From assembly GCA_036172245.1 (NCBI GenBank), contig JAYWIR010000009.1, positions 3,038,001 to 3,102,000 on the forward strand: a stretch of DNA of 64,000 nt. The letters are read 5' to 3'. The stretch comes from Raillietiella orientalis (Eukaryota). This document shows, piece after piece, positions 38,601 through 54,400 of the stretch. Both the position numbers and the translations under genes were made by a program. Within the stretch, counting starts at the first letter, position 1. Each line of letters opens with the position of its first letter. The notes below the pieces were generated by a model that saw only the letters and a program-made list of their open reading frames with translations, made no database searches and was not told the origin of the DNA.

Positions 38601-39411
38601 AGACCACCGGGGCGCACCCATCAAAAAGGCGCCTTCCTCCCGTTTTGCTTACCGTGCCATCCGCAAACCGCCCCCCCCCCTCTCTCTCTCTCTCTTTCAA
38701 CTACACGTGAATGCCCCCCTCCCCCCCCAAAGGTAGGAAAAAAAGAAAAATTCCAGCGACACGTAACTCCGGCAGCTCCGTGTGCTCAGCAGCTGCACTT
38801 CCGTGTTCCCCGCGGCGCCAACTGCAAACACTCGCAGGGATCCGCGTGCACGGAGATGCCTCGGTCGCGGGGTGCGAAACGCACACACGAGAAATACTCA
38901 AAAAGGAACCATTTCGTTTCCACTTATGCGTAAATATATTTCTTATTGGAGTACTTGACACACAAAAAATGGATTGCAGGCAAGAATCCTGAATCATGCA
39001 TGCTAATCGAAACATAATATTGTTCACAGAGTGATTTGAAATGCAAAGCTGAGAAGATTTCTTGCAGCTCAACACTCATGAGGAAGAAACTTTTCAATTT
39101 AATATGATACTCTTAAAGTATGGCACCCGAAAATAACGATTCTTTGTAGAAAACATCAACAAATGGTACATTTTTTTTTTTTAAATAGATTACATTTATA
39201 AAATTGATTTTCTATTTTAAACATGACAAAGCATATTAAGATGCAGTACTCATATGCAAGTCTTGGACATAAGTGGTTGATAAATGGGCAATGTGGATAC
39301 TGAGTCCAGTCAAATTGATAAACGCTAGTAGAAGGTCAAAATTTCACTGCAAAATTGGAAAAAATCTAAATAAAAATTCATCACATATGGGTGTCCTAAA
39401 GCGAGCCTACA

Positions 39412-41376
<1,965 letters not shown>

Positions 41377-44300
41377 CTGCAACACAAGGAACAATAAAAG
41401 ACAGCCGCATAACATATTTATGAATCAACATCAATCAAAAGTCTACAAAACTGAACAATTACTGCAGTGCACAATTTTCAAAGCTGCTAAAGGCCATTCA
41501 TCACCTCACTGGACTGAAGATTCATTATGCCAATTGTAATGCAGTTTAGCATTACAACTAACCAAACAAACATAAATTTGCATAAACATTTTCTGATATG
41601 TAAGCATTCAAAATTGACACATAAAGTAAGATTCAACTTGTGGTCCTAAATGTGAAGTACTTGACCTTTGAGCTTCTTGTATGAAAAAATGCACTTATTC
41701 CAATTCCAAGAATGTAGTATTCCTTACAAAAACAATGTAAAAAAAAGTATAAATTTCTTGGGTCCACATCGACACACATGCTTTTTGGATTACAGGACAG
41801 CAGCATGATAGACAAAAACAATAAAGGTTAGACACACAAACTTTGATGGCTGGGAGACTACATTCACTCAATCTAAGTATGTGCATTTTCCACTGTTCAA
41901 CTTGTATTGATGATTCTGCAATCCTTTAAACCTGAGCCTTCAATTTTTTAGCAAATTATGATCGATATTAAGAGGAACACGATCACATCAAATTTCAACT
42001 ATTTTGGAGACAAAAAAACTTCTAGATTTTTCAACAAACAATATAAAGTTCAAATAAAACAACTAAAGTAAAAATGGCAATGAATCAACATTAATAAAGT
42101 TGATGGAACCTGAAACAATTGCAAACTGAAATTATTCTTAATAGATAAAACTACATTGCTTTTTGATCACCTCATAATACATTCCCCATTGACTGGTCCT
42201 TGAGATTCTATCTTTTGCATTTTTTTTTTTTTTTATTTTCCTGAAAAGAAATCACTTGCTTATTACGAATTCGTTATTTTACTTGCACGGAATTTTGAAC
42301 TCTCATGGATTCCTACAAAGACAACACATCTGAAAACTTGACATTGGGTCCAAATTGATTCCATTTTAATTCTACTTATGAGATACATCCAAAATAGCAA
42401 GCAACTGTGAATATTAAGTAGAAACATCAAGCATTAAAACAAAAGATTCATTTGTGTTAGCAATCAAGATTTTTATCAAACACACTCTGTTAACAGAATT
42501 CTCTCTTAATCTTTGAAATTCATTCTAAATTTTCTCTCTCTCTCTTTTTTCCTTCATTGAATATTTCACACAGATTTTTATATTCATCTGCACATAGCAA
42601 ACCTTCATTTCAATATTTTGTTATCCAGAATGGCATGAATTGTTTCATCTTGGATTGCTAGCTAGCTATTTGAATGATCTTTTGAACTTTACTCATGAAA
42701 TTTACATGCTACTTCTAGCATTGTCCTCCATTCTAACAATGCTATATATCTTTTGAGTTTCTGCAAAAATGTAAAGGAGCAGATGCATTTCTTTAAAATT
42801 TGAATTTTTTCGTGGTTACAAAATACAGTTTGGTTGTCTACTTTTGTCACTAAAAGCCAAACTTTACTTTGTAAATTTGCTGAACATAATAACGCTGAAC
42901 ACATCTAAACACATGTACATTGAATACAAACACAAAAATGATATTAACATGAACAGCTACACAGTCACAACAGAGCATGATAATGCCAAAATCCTAACAG
43001 TATACATTCATACAAAAAGGGCTCCTGGAAGATGAACTTCCAAAATGCACTTGTAAAAGTTTACTTGGTGAAAAAAGCACCCTGTGTTTCAATGCCATTT
43101 CACTGGAATGGGGTAGTACTTTATATTTGAATTACAAATGGCATGACTGCTGTGATTAAACCAAAAGTATGATGTGATAAATTATGAAAAAGTCAAGGGA
43201 CTCGAATTTTTTAAATAGAGGAGTGAAATTTCGATTCCTCTATTTTTGCATGCAGATTTAATCAGTGAATTTTATGATTTGGATAGGAGACAGGAAAAGC
43301 TAATGTCTCATACTTTTTGCATGGTAGAGTTTCCTTTCTGACTTTCATCTACAATGCAAAGTAAGCTGGATAAAATAAAATAAGTTTCTGGAGCTGAAAA
43401 GCTAATCAGTGTTGTGTAGACATACACTGAATAGATTTTTGAGATAAAAATATGATAAATTTAGAAATTGAATTTGATGTATCACTTCAAACATTCCTGA
43501 GAAATATTACCTAGAGATTAAAAACCTTTTGAGAATACACACAACTCTGGTTGTTTTCAAAGTTTCAGAGCAATAAGTATGCAGTTTTCCTTAAGAGCCA
43601 GTATGATGAATGACTTCAAAAAAACTCTTATGAAACGTAAAAACGTCTCGGAAATTTGATAAAAAAGCACATAGGAACTAGAGTGAAGCTTTTTCCTAGA
43701 AATTCTTTACGTTAAAACAACGCAGCACTGAATTACAATCAGAGGAAAATATTCACGCTGACTGTTTCTTTTATCTTTGTTCTCATCCTGTTTAATCTGG
43801 CTTGAAAACAGCATCTGGATTCCCTTTAAAAAATTTTCCGTTTTGAAAATGGTACATATTGAGAGGAAAGAAGAGATAATTAAAATGTGTAAACCACAAA
43901 AACAATTAGGGAAGAATGATGATAATGAATAAAAATATGCTTCATCCTGATCATTTGACATAAAACACTGTAATACAAAAAGAATATTTTAAATTCAGAT
44001 CACACTACACATAAATTACCTTAGTGATCACACAACATTTTTCAAACAATAAATCAGGCACACTTAAAATTAAAAATAATGAAAAATTATTTAAAGGGAA
44101 ACAATTAAAGGCAAAACATTCACAATAGTTGCATGTTATGAATGTAATCATTACAAATATCCAAACTGACAGAAACTAGAAGAAAAAAACACACACACAC
44201 ACAATAATTTTAGTTAAAACTTACTGTTCTAAAACTTTTAAAACACATCCGCACATAAAACTGTGCTCATCAAAATGAATAACGTTTGAATGAATGGAAT

Positions 44301-47300
44301 ATAAATTTCAACTTTATTTTCTAACTATGCTGTCTCATATTCTTTTGTTGTTTGTATTGTAAGCACAAATTTCTATTTAACTGCTCTGCTTAAGTACTTT
44401 TTGAAGTATTTGTATTTCATAAATTTCAAAGATAAGGAAGTCTTGTGTAATGAACCTTTTTCTAAATCCCTAGTCATCAAAATGAAAACCTCAAAAATTC
44501 TTTGACCATGCATTTAGATTCTTTCCAAAACAGTACTTCATAACACATGGATATTTTTAGTTCACAGATTTCACAATTTGGGGAAATAGACACACATATA
44601 TGCTTTGCAATATCATAAGATTATATTAAAGTTCTTCCTGTACCAGAGTACTTTCACTGACTTCTTTGTTCTAAAAAACATGCTCAACTTTACTGATTAA
44701 GTCAAAAAAGCTTTATATGATTAACAACTTTTAAAATTTTCTTTGAAATGAGAACTTCCTTGAAGGATTATCTCTGAATGTTTGCATGAATCTCACTCCA
44801 AGACATTCTTACACTCCTAATCAGAAATCATTTACATTTTAATGAAAATAATGACTACCATGTAATTTTTAAGCATGTACTAAACTATAATGGCTTCTCT
44901 TATAGCAGAATTCATGTTACTCATGTCTTTATAAAAGAAATTCATTCAATAACACATACAATTAACAGCAACATCAAACAAAAGCACAGACACGGCTTAT
45001 TTGATGAGATTTACATTAATAAACAAATAATAGCATAGACTTTTTTTTAGCACTGCTTTCAACGTCATAAAAAGCAAAAAACTCAAAAATACATTTTTTT
45101 CATGAAACCAAAAATATAGGGAAATTCACTTAGAAGAGAATACAAAATTAAAAGTAAACTTAAAACAAATTAGATAATTTGTTTTAAGTTGGATACATTT
45201 TGTCTGATTAAGGACTGAAGTCTTTATTTGTCAGAAAGAAAATTTCCAGATTGAAATGTGGATAAAAGCATATGGTTAGGAATTGTATGCAAAATCACTT
45301 AACAATACTTCAATTTTTTCTACATAAAGTTTCTTTTTCCTGTCAAAAGCCACGCTTTCCTGCCCTTAATTCTGCCAGTGGTTAACTTCTTCATTTCATG
45401 TAGGCTGACAAATGAAATGAGCTGGGAACAATGAATTATTATACCAAAAAGCTTTCCTAATGAAAAATATCAGTTACTGCTTCTTAGACCTTAATGCTTG
45501 ATTAACATTTCTAACTAATCTCATTCCTTTCCATTTTATTTCTCTTCTGCTTCCATGCTTTTAAAGTTACCTATAATAAAATTACGGTATCGAAATTTAG
45601 GAAAAATGTTGTACCTTAATTCTCACATGTGAATTCTACACTTTGAAAACCTAGATGGTTTCAAAAATATGATGATGCGTAAGAACTTTTGCATGTAAGC
45701 ATGATAAAGAGAAAGGCAAATGTGACTTTTAGTCTGCACTGGAAATTAACAAAAACAAGAAATGCATTTGCGACACTTTCAGACTGATGGGTCCAATCAT
45801 CTTATTCCATATGCATCCAAAACTCAAAACCAGATGCTAAAACCAAGTTGAATGGGATAAACTTTGAGCACCATGTGAACATTACAGTATGAACAGTTAA
45901 CACAATATAAAAACAAATGAAAATTGCCTTCTGGATAGATTTCAGAATAAATCTACTTAATCACATGCAAGTACATAAATACATTAAAAGTTGATGAACA
46001 GGTGCAAAATCTTCATGCTTGAAAACATACTTTCAGTATCCACTATGCTACTACAGACTGCAAGTTGCGAATCTCAAAAAATAATTACAACAACAGGTTT
46101 GTGAAGAGTTGACTTTTCTTCACTCTTTATGCTCCAATGTTACTCTTCTATATTCGATATGAATGAAATTCATCTTTTGTTCTTAATAAGCATTTAAAAG
46201 CTAATAATAAAGAGTAGTATTTCATATAATTACACAACTTCGGAAACAAAAAGATAAACTTTCACAGAATATCTTGAAATATAAAAAAATGGAAATTTTA
46301 AATTTCACTTTCACAAACTTCATAAACTGAAGTAATGCAACATTACTTATGCATGGTTAAAACTTAAAAATGCACACTTCTATAAGCACTAGTTGATTAA
46401 TGTGGAATTTATAATGTGTATTAATTGCACACTTTTAGAATTTTTTCATTCAATAACTGCTCTGCTCTGAAAAATCAATCTGCTCTAAATACTTTCAGCA
46501 ATGGAAGTCTAGAACAATAAAAGTCCACAAGGGAAAAATAACTGCATGAAAGCATTTGTTCTACAAACACTATATACTATGGTAACTCAATTAAGTGCAA
46601 TAACCATAATCAAAACACCAGAATTTCTGAAGGGTGAAAGACTTCACTGACAATTGTGCTTTCATGTTTTGAATGATGCTTAACCTGATTTCCCAAGGAA
46701 ACTGAAAGAGCCAGCCCAACATGTTACACAAAGCAATTTGGGCACTTCACAGCAATATTCTTAATAATTTAATGTAACCTTAGTTCATACAATATGCCCA
46801 TGGAAATAAGGTTATGACAAGAGATTCATGAATATTTGTAAATTTGACTCACACAAGCACAGTTTCTGTAGTTTCTTCTTTTACTTCCAAAGTGAATCAA
46901 ATAAGGCAATAAGACACTACTATCAGGAAACAACTGAACCACTTTTTGAAATAGCTGTGCAACGCAGGCATTCAAATGTTTATCTAAACATATAGCCAAT
47001 TATGTACCTATTCACTTGAGGATGTGATAAACTTAATATCATGAAAATAAGAATATAGCAGTTACTGGCTGACATAGCTGCACCGCTGCAACCAAAAACT
47101 TTTACATCAAATGATGTAACTTAAAGTAGCAACTTCTAACTAAACCCTATGTACTGGACAAGACATAGCTACCTAAATATGATTGCCTACTTAAAAAAAA
47201 AAAAAATTATCCACCAAATTGAAAACTATCCTTTCAACATATGAAGACAGCTTTGTTTTTGCATTTTAAATCATCTAAATGATCATCTAAATGTAATTAT

Positions 47301-49599
47301 GTGACTATGAAGTATTATTTAAATATAAATCATCACAACTGAATAATCTGGCATGATTCTGATCAAAACTGCACAGAAAGGAACTAATCCTTGAAGATGA
47401 AAAAAAAAAAAAATCTAGTGCAATACAGCAGAAGGGATCTGCACCTATCAGCACCTTAGCTTCTGCTTGAATTTAGCATTATTCAAAGACAGAGTGGGAT
47501 TAATAATCTTTCCCACCCTACCTACACACCTGTCTTGACAATTTGGACTATCTTTTAAACACAGAAACTATCAAAAACATGTTTGATTATTTTGCCAAAC
47601 ACTTTAACATTCTGCAATGCAGATTAGTTGGCATTTCTTTTGTTTTCCAGTGTTCCACTTCTTTTATCCTAACATAATCTGTTGTTAACTTACAAATTCA
47701 AACATCCATGGATGAATAATGTGACACCTTAGAGGTTCCATGTACATAGTTGCTTTTCAATCCTATAGTCATGTAATGAAATGGATTCAAGCAGGGCAGG
47801 GCAAAATGATAAAACAAAGTATACAACATCAAGTGCATCATGTAAGTCATGAGATAGCAATAAAATAACATTCCCCTCAATTTTTTCTAGTTCCAATCAA
47901 AAAGTAAAATAAGTAATCAGCTTATGATAAGAATGATTCATATGTGACTAAGTATACTCCTTTTCAAAGTTTTCGATTTCTTCGTGAAAATAAAACAAAG
48001 TTACATCCTTTGTGGTCACTGATTCAAAATAAACAACTTGATTACAAAGGTTATTCACTTCTTTTTTGATGGGTTCAAAAATTTTGTAAAACATTCTAAT
48101 ACAAATGTAGAGACTTTTACTTTTCACAAATGAATTTAGATTTTTAGCATTCTTTGACAGACATGTAATCCTGTTCACATACATAGATTAAAACTAACCA
48201 AAACAACTCCCATGAAATTTAGAAAAGTGTAAATGGAATGAAAATAAACCTAAAAACCTAACAAATTGAAATGGCGCAAGTTGATGGAAATGTTGATGAA
48301 AACTGCAAATTTCAAGGCTGGATTTCAAACTCTCATTGTGAATATCTGGAAATTTATGATGAAAAATACAGAAATCGATCAAATTACCTTTTCATCAGTG
48401 ATTAGAGGTTCTCATACATTCTCCTTTATGAGATCAAGGTATTCAATGATTGACAAAACAGAAAAGACAAAACTCTTTGATCATAATAAATATACTCCTA
48501 AATAATTGTTACATTTGAAAAATAATTACAACTTGAACAGAAGGAAAAATGAAAATTTGTTCATAAAGTCATAATTTCTTGGAAAAATGCTAATAGAAAA
48601 ATTGGAAAACAATACCAATTTAACAGTACTATATATATATATTCTCCATTTGGGTTCAGAATGTTGAAAAAAAAGTGTGATATAAACCAATAAATGCTCA
48701 CTGCATTATATATTACCACATGCATTACATGCTAGCATTAAAATTAATGAAAGGATTTCTGAATTTTAAAAACGAACACTTATTTTCAAAAATTTATGCA
48801 ATGCATGGAACAAATGATTGAAGCAAAATTTTCTTACAAATTTACTTACGTTTAATCATTTGCTTGCCTAAAGCACCATGGGATAATATCCAAAAATAAT
48901 CTTGTAAATCTTGAGGAACTAGAATTGAACTATCCATATTCTGTTCACATGATATATATTTCAGGAGCATACCGTAATGACAACAGGGAACATTGATATG
49001 AGCTGATGTCTGCCATTTTGATTCATGTTTTAAAATTTTCCTGATATGCAAAGTTTTGCAGTTGACATAGGCTTACAATAAAAGAATTTTTCATTACAGT
49101 GAAATTTCACCTCATAAAATTATGATACTGGTAAATTCGAATTTCATGTTCTTATATGAATATGCAATGTGTAAAATGGTCCACATCTGCTTTAACACAG
49201 GAATATTTGGTTAAACTGATCACAGAAATTTTTAGGTGTTTCCTAAAATTTTGGAGCTGAAATTATGTAATGAACATGGGAGTACATGAAGACAATTTTT
49301 TTACCATAAAACACACAGTTCAATAAGCTGTCACACATTCCAACATTCAAGTAAACACACAATGCTACCAAGAAAAACAAACACATATATATAATCAAAA
49401 CCAGCATTTCTAAATGATTATACTGCCTAGAATTTCTAACAGTATGTGTGAATATTAAATTGACACATACTGTAGGATATGCACAAGGCAAATTAGCTTT
49501 ATGTTTGCTCACAAACTTCTAATGCAATTAGCTTCATGTAGGACAACCTTAGAAGTTAAGACAGCAGCATTTTTGTGATGAAAAGCAACACAGTTTCCA

Positions 49600-49865
49600 C
49601 GATGTTTTTCAGATTTGGGCTGCACTTGTACGTTCGAAAAATGTTCTAAAATTTCCAACGTGTGATTGGATTTCTTGCCAGTAAACACCTTCCCAACTCA
49701 CTGGATTCGGGCTCACGGCAAACATGAAATTTTAACTCTAGTATTACATGGGAAAAATGCTAGTTCGAAATATACCCTCAATATCTGTATTCGGATGCAC
49801 AGCCCAAGTAGTAAATTGTTACCTTAACTGCATGACGTCAATTTTTTTTTCTCTCTCTCTCTTCC

Positions 49866-49899
<34 letters not shown>

Positions 49900-50134
49900 C
49901 CTGCATCCCCCCCCGCTCCCCCACGTACCAAGTTCAACTGAAAGCAACGATTCAAATTCAATTTCCAAAAGAAATTATATCAAGATGCAGTACGATACCT
50001 TGACCTAAGTGACAGAGTTCATTCGCAGGTTAAGTTATTAGTGTTATTCGTTCATTCGGATGAGGCGTGGCTTACCCAATGTACATTCACGAAATGATGC
50101 ACTGCCTGGCCGACATGCTGAGGGGCGGACATTT

Positions 50135-50184
<50 letters not shown>

Positions 50185-50950
50185 GTGAAGTATTGTTTAC
50201 GATATTGTAATTCTCATCCAATCAACGGAAAGAGCTGCCCTATAAATTCCCAGCTTCCTACAATCCGGGCTTTGTTGCATCGGCCACGGAGCGACTGGGA
50301 GGAGGTGCGGTGTGCTTGTTGCGGAGGGGAGGGGGGGGGACGAGAAAAGGGGGGGGTCGATGCTGCTCGGACCCTCTTCTTCTGCCCCGAATGATCTGAA
50401 CCTGCGATGTACGCTGTTGGTCATGGTTTTACTTTGCTCGTGTAAAAAGAAAAATAGAAAAAACTGTGGAATGATTTCGTGATGGTGGTGGTGGTTCCCC
50501 CCCCCCTCCCCCCCCGGCAAGCACACGCTGCTGCACGCGTAGAATTCATTGAATTCGATGCATTCCTCGGTGTGTAAATGTGTTTTCACGAAAAAAGTGT
50601 GTCTGTGTGTTTTTTTTGTTTTTTTGTTTTTGAGGCGTAGGTAGTCATGTGAGTGAGATCCCGTCGAAGTTCCGCGAAATTTGAAGCACACCAAACATTG
50701 TGGTGTTCACAACGCAAAATTCAATTTTACCTGTTTGAGATGGTTTGCTGTATTTCAGGGATTTCACTGAGTAAATGATATTTCTCGAAAAATGGCAGTT
50801 CCCCCCCCCCCTCTCTCTCTCGGAAGGATATTCGATTATGTATTTTTGTGCCATGAAACTGTAAGCTCCAGTCTTATTGTAAAATGCATTGTAAAATTTA
50901 GGGTCGAATCAATGAAAATCATTGAGATCTGAATGTGCAGTGCCTAAACA
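49600..50950. promoter_or_regulatory. Putative divergent promoter region shared by DYRK1A (-) and the POLR2M-like gene (+)
   Basis: Local return of CpG and GC inside a CpG-poor domain, between two divergent genes; a plus-strand donor (GTAAGC at 50861) and acceptor (ttttttccttgtaag near 51699) suggest a POLR2M 5' UTR intron. Confidence 0.5.
50076..50132 (-). CDS. Candidate 5' coding exon of DYRK1A (MSAPQHVGQAVHHFVNVHW)
   Basis: 19 codons from ATG to a TGG|GTAAGC donor (phase 0), compatible with a TTGAAG|GAG acceptor at 41335 across an ~8.7 kb intron; lies in the CpG-richer zone. Could instead be an internal or non-coding exon. Confidence 0.4.
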
Positions 50951-51824
50951 TCGAAACGTAATCCTCATAAAACACACACTCACACATACATTCTTTGTAT
51001 GTTGGTGCATTGTTTGCTTTTCAGAAACAGCATTTCACCCTCAATAAACGGTACAGGAATTGGCAGACAAACTGAATTTGTTTTTGCGTTGGCCGATATT
51101 TATTTATTTCACAAGTTCCCTAATGCATTTTCAAGGCATCACAATAATTTTGGTGTGCATTTGGGAAAAAAATTGGATAAAATGAACGTTGGAATCAGTT
51201 TCATAAGCAAAAAAAAAAGCAAACAGCCCAGAGTGCTGTGATAAAAGAGTGTGCATTGGTGGGTTTCTAGAAAAAGAGATCCAGCAGTAGGATTCTTCGT
51301 TTTTCCAATTCTGTGGCTATTCATTCGTAAAACGTTTTCCCACATTTCTTTCATCCCTCCTTTTCCCCAGGCTACAGTGACCAAAATTTGGAATTTTAAG
51401 GCGCAGCGTGTATTTTGACTTAACTCACCCGGTTTACTTTAAATTGTGGATAGCAATCAATGAAACACGCCTCAGGTCTGCTATCTGTCCTTATCAAAGA
51501 TTTTCCTTTCATACTTTTGTGTATGAAAAAGCTTGCATCTGTATGTGCATAAGTCTGTTATATGACTGACTTTAGGAACCATAGGTCAATACAAGTTGTA
51601 TTGTGAGCAGTTTATGAACTATAAAGAGTGAGAGAGCAATTCCTTGTAACTGACTGTATAAGTGGGCCATCTATAATGAGCAATTTTTTTCCTTGTAAGA
51701 TTCAGAAGTGCAGCTCTTTATATGTATTTGCTTGACTACCTAGCCAGTAAGACTCAGATCAGAGACAACATCATTAAATGGGTCAAGTAGCAGACAAGCA
51801 TGTTAGACTAGAAAAACAGATCAC

Positions 51825-52703
51825 ATGGCTGAAAGCAAAACAGATAGCAGTAATGCTTACAACTTATCATATATACAGAAGTGTATATATTCAAGGATTC
51901 CTGGTCATGCTGTCACACCATCTCAGGAAAAACAAGGATATCTTGCCAATCTAGAAAACAAAAGTCTTGTGGAACTCCATGAAATCTTGAGCCGGCAAGA
52001 AAAAATTTTCCAAAACAAGTAATTATTGCAACGTCTAAAACCAATTGGAAGTGTGTGTTCTCAGGAATCTGTTGCATTCCTTGCCAGACAAAGGCAAGCA
52101 TGTGGAAGATTTCAGAAACAGGTTGCTAGAGATAATATCTAAGAAGAACTTGAAACATGTTACTTCCCACTTATCGGAATTCGACCTTACCACATCTAGT
52201 CAAGAAGCTGTGCAGAATATGGAGTGGCAGGGAGCTCTGGATTGTGTGACTCCTGAGAATGATAATGATATTTACAGGATTTTAGCAGAAAAGGAACTCC
52301 CTCTTCATAACAGGTAATAGGGCAACTTTTATTCTTTTATTACTGACATCCAAGCAGCAGTGGCAGGCAGAAGATAGTGGATAAAGTTGACAGTATTTTG
52401 TATGCCAGGCAATTGGCAGGCAGTTCGAAGAAATCAAACAAAGCTTCAAGTCATACTGAAGAAATTCCCTTAAAAACGTCTTTACAGCTTCTGCAGGACC
52501 AGCACACCCATCACTATGAGGAGCACTTACTACGGTCCATCCAGCAGCTGAAAATCCATTGGGAGGAGCAGCCAAATAACTACGATGAAGCATCTTATCA
52601 CGAAGACAGTCAGGGTTTGGTAGACCTGGAGAATGAATCTGCAGTTCCAACAAATTATGGAGACCCCCAAGAAATGCCTCCCACTTGTGAGACAGGGAGC
52701 TGA
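51825..52703 (+). CDS. POLR2M: POLR2M/GRINL1A (Gdown1)-like RNA polymerase II-associated protein
   Basis: Exons 51825-52018, 52065-52313, 52355 (or 52358/52361)-52703 (TGA). KSLVELHEILSRQEKIFQNKNLLHSLPDKGKHV carries the Gdown1 LPDKG motif; C-terminal IPLKTSLQLLQDQ resembles the LEESL.LQ..Q motif. Confidence 0.85.
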
Positions 52704-53829
52704 TTACCAGTTGCTGTGAATGGGACAGGAAAAAAAATAGTGAACATGTTACACATGTTCAGTTCAGACCCTGAGAAAACACCCTTTCCACAAGTTGTTA
52801 CACGTGAACCAGTTAAATGTACCCATATGTGACCAGTAAATTTGACTTCATGGCAATCATTCAGTTGCTGTTTGGTGTATGAGCTGATTCCTGTAGGTCT
52901 CTACACGTCTGCAAAATGTGGGATGTTCTTTACGCCGTTTATCCCAACAAAGTAAAGGTTCTGCAATTAAGGCCGTTTTTATTCTTATTATTATTGAATC
53001 CACGCAAAACAATTTGAACAGAGCTTTCAGAATGAAGAGTTTGGCTTCCTTTAATCGGAAACGAAGGTGCCACAATCCTGTTTCGTTTCTACCCCTAATT
53101 TTTTGTGCTGTAGCACATTGCAGATTGCGGTTTCGGTTTGAATTCTACTGATGGCAAAGGATGCAATTAGCCGCGTGAGTATGTCATTTGGCGACCTTCG
53201 TTCACCCATGCGATAATGTTCGGTAATCATTCTTTCATAGGTTCGCCCTCAACTAATTATTTTCGGATTGTAAACTCAATGGGAAAACGAAGTGCAATCG
53301 TTGGCATCCACGATTTTTGGACCCCATGGGAGTCCCCTTAGCACACAGCCCGTGTTTGGGGGTCACCTCTTGTGACTACACCCGGATGATGACGGATTAC
53401 AAATGAAGCAGGCAAATTACATTGGCATAATGGGCTTAAAAAGGACGAGCTTTCACTGTCTGAGGCGTGAACTGGCGTGCGAATGGCTAGCAAGTTGTAA
53501 ATGCACCCACAAGAGCAAGCGTGATGCCAATTTTACAAGTGTGAATGCGGTCGCGAGCCCCAACCCTCCTTATTAGTCGCCCCGCGATGGGAATAGTGCC
53601 TTCCTCTTTGAAGTGTCCTGATACCAGAAACAAGTCTTCCAGCTTGCCTGCTATTAGGCACTGCTTGGCACCAGCCTGGGGGTGGTTACGCAACGCTCCG
53701 GAGGTCCCTGCTGGGTGTCGGCTCACCGCATTTGAGCAGCAGCGCCTCGACTTGGGGCTGCAGCCCGGGAGGCCCTCGGCTGAGGCTACGCGTCACTTGG
53801 TCGAATTACATTTGTCTTTGTAATGAGAC

Positions 53830-54400
53830 CCCGGGAGTACAAGGAGAATGATGAAAATAATTCCTTTTTTTTCACGGAGGGTCTGCAACTTCTGCCAAAG
53901 AATGGCCAGATGCACCAAAGAACGCAAAAGTCGATTCGCTCGGAGTCGATTCCAGTCGTTCCATCGGAGGCGAACGTGCTTAAGCATCCTGCTGAAAGAA
54001 GCAACGCCCTTTGCGAGTGCGGCGTCATCCCAAACATTTGTCTTTGACCCTTATGAAGCTGAAGATTTTCAGGATCCCTCGTTTCGAGTGCTAGCCGAGC
54101 ACCCCTTGCCTCCTCCTTTAATGATCAGCCAACTTTTTCTTCCAGCGGCTTTCCAAGACCCACGAATCCGACCGCCTGTGGGTGCAGAGGAACCGCGGAA
54201 GGGCAGATGATGGAATCTTTCTGGAGTTTCCCTGCCCGGCGACTTGGCCGTCAATCACTCCCGAGAACTCCCCGACGGCAGCTCCGTATCCTCGACTGCG
54301 TGCGTGCGAGATGCAGCGGAGGGCAAAAAAAAGAAGAAAAAAAAAGTGCCACCGCTGTCAAAAGCAAAAACAAAAGCGAGCTCGAAATCGATCCATCTCC
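53830..54400 (+). mobile_element. Possible pogo-like transposase C-terminal relic
   Basis: NALCECGVIPN / AEDFQDPS / SITPENSP..PYPR..KKRRKKK loosely follow the GF..CGI.P.N..F..DF.PS..ISP..P.PK..RK tail of pogo-like transposases. Confidence 0.2.

Noticed and set aside
32630..38900. Many 100-300 aa ORFs in GC-rich DNA
   Set aside because: Arg/Pro/Gly/Ala-rich in all six frames with no recognisable domain or consistent splice pattern; probably decayed repeats. Weak piggyBac- and Tc1-like hints near 36.6 and 37.5-37.9 kb were too poor to call.
41400..49600. Short ORFs or hidden genes in the AT-rich DYRK1A intron
   Set aside because: Only 60-90 aa ORFs without motifs; no RNA gene or repeat recognisable by eye, though small exons cannot be excluded.
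53487..53726. THAP-like VSGHFKEE motif
   Set aside because: The other zinc ligands and the conserved Pro/Trp residues of THAP domains are not evident.
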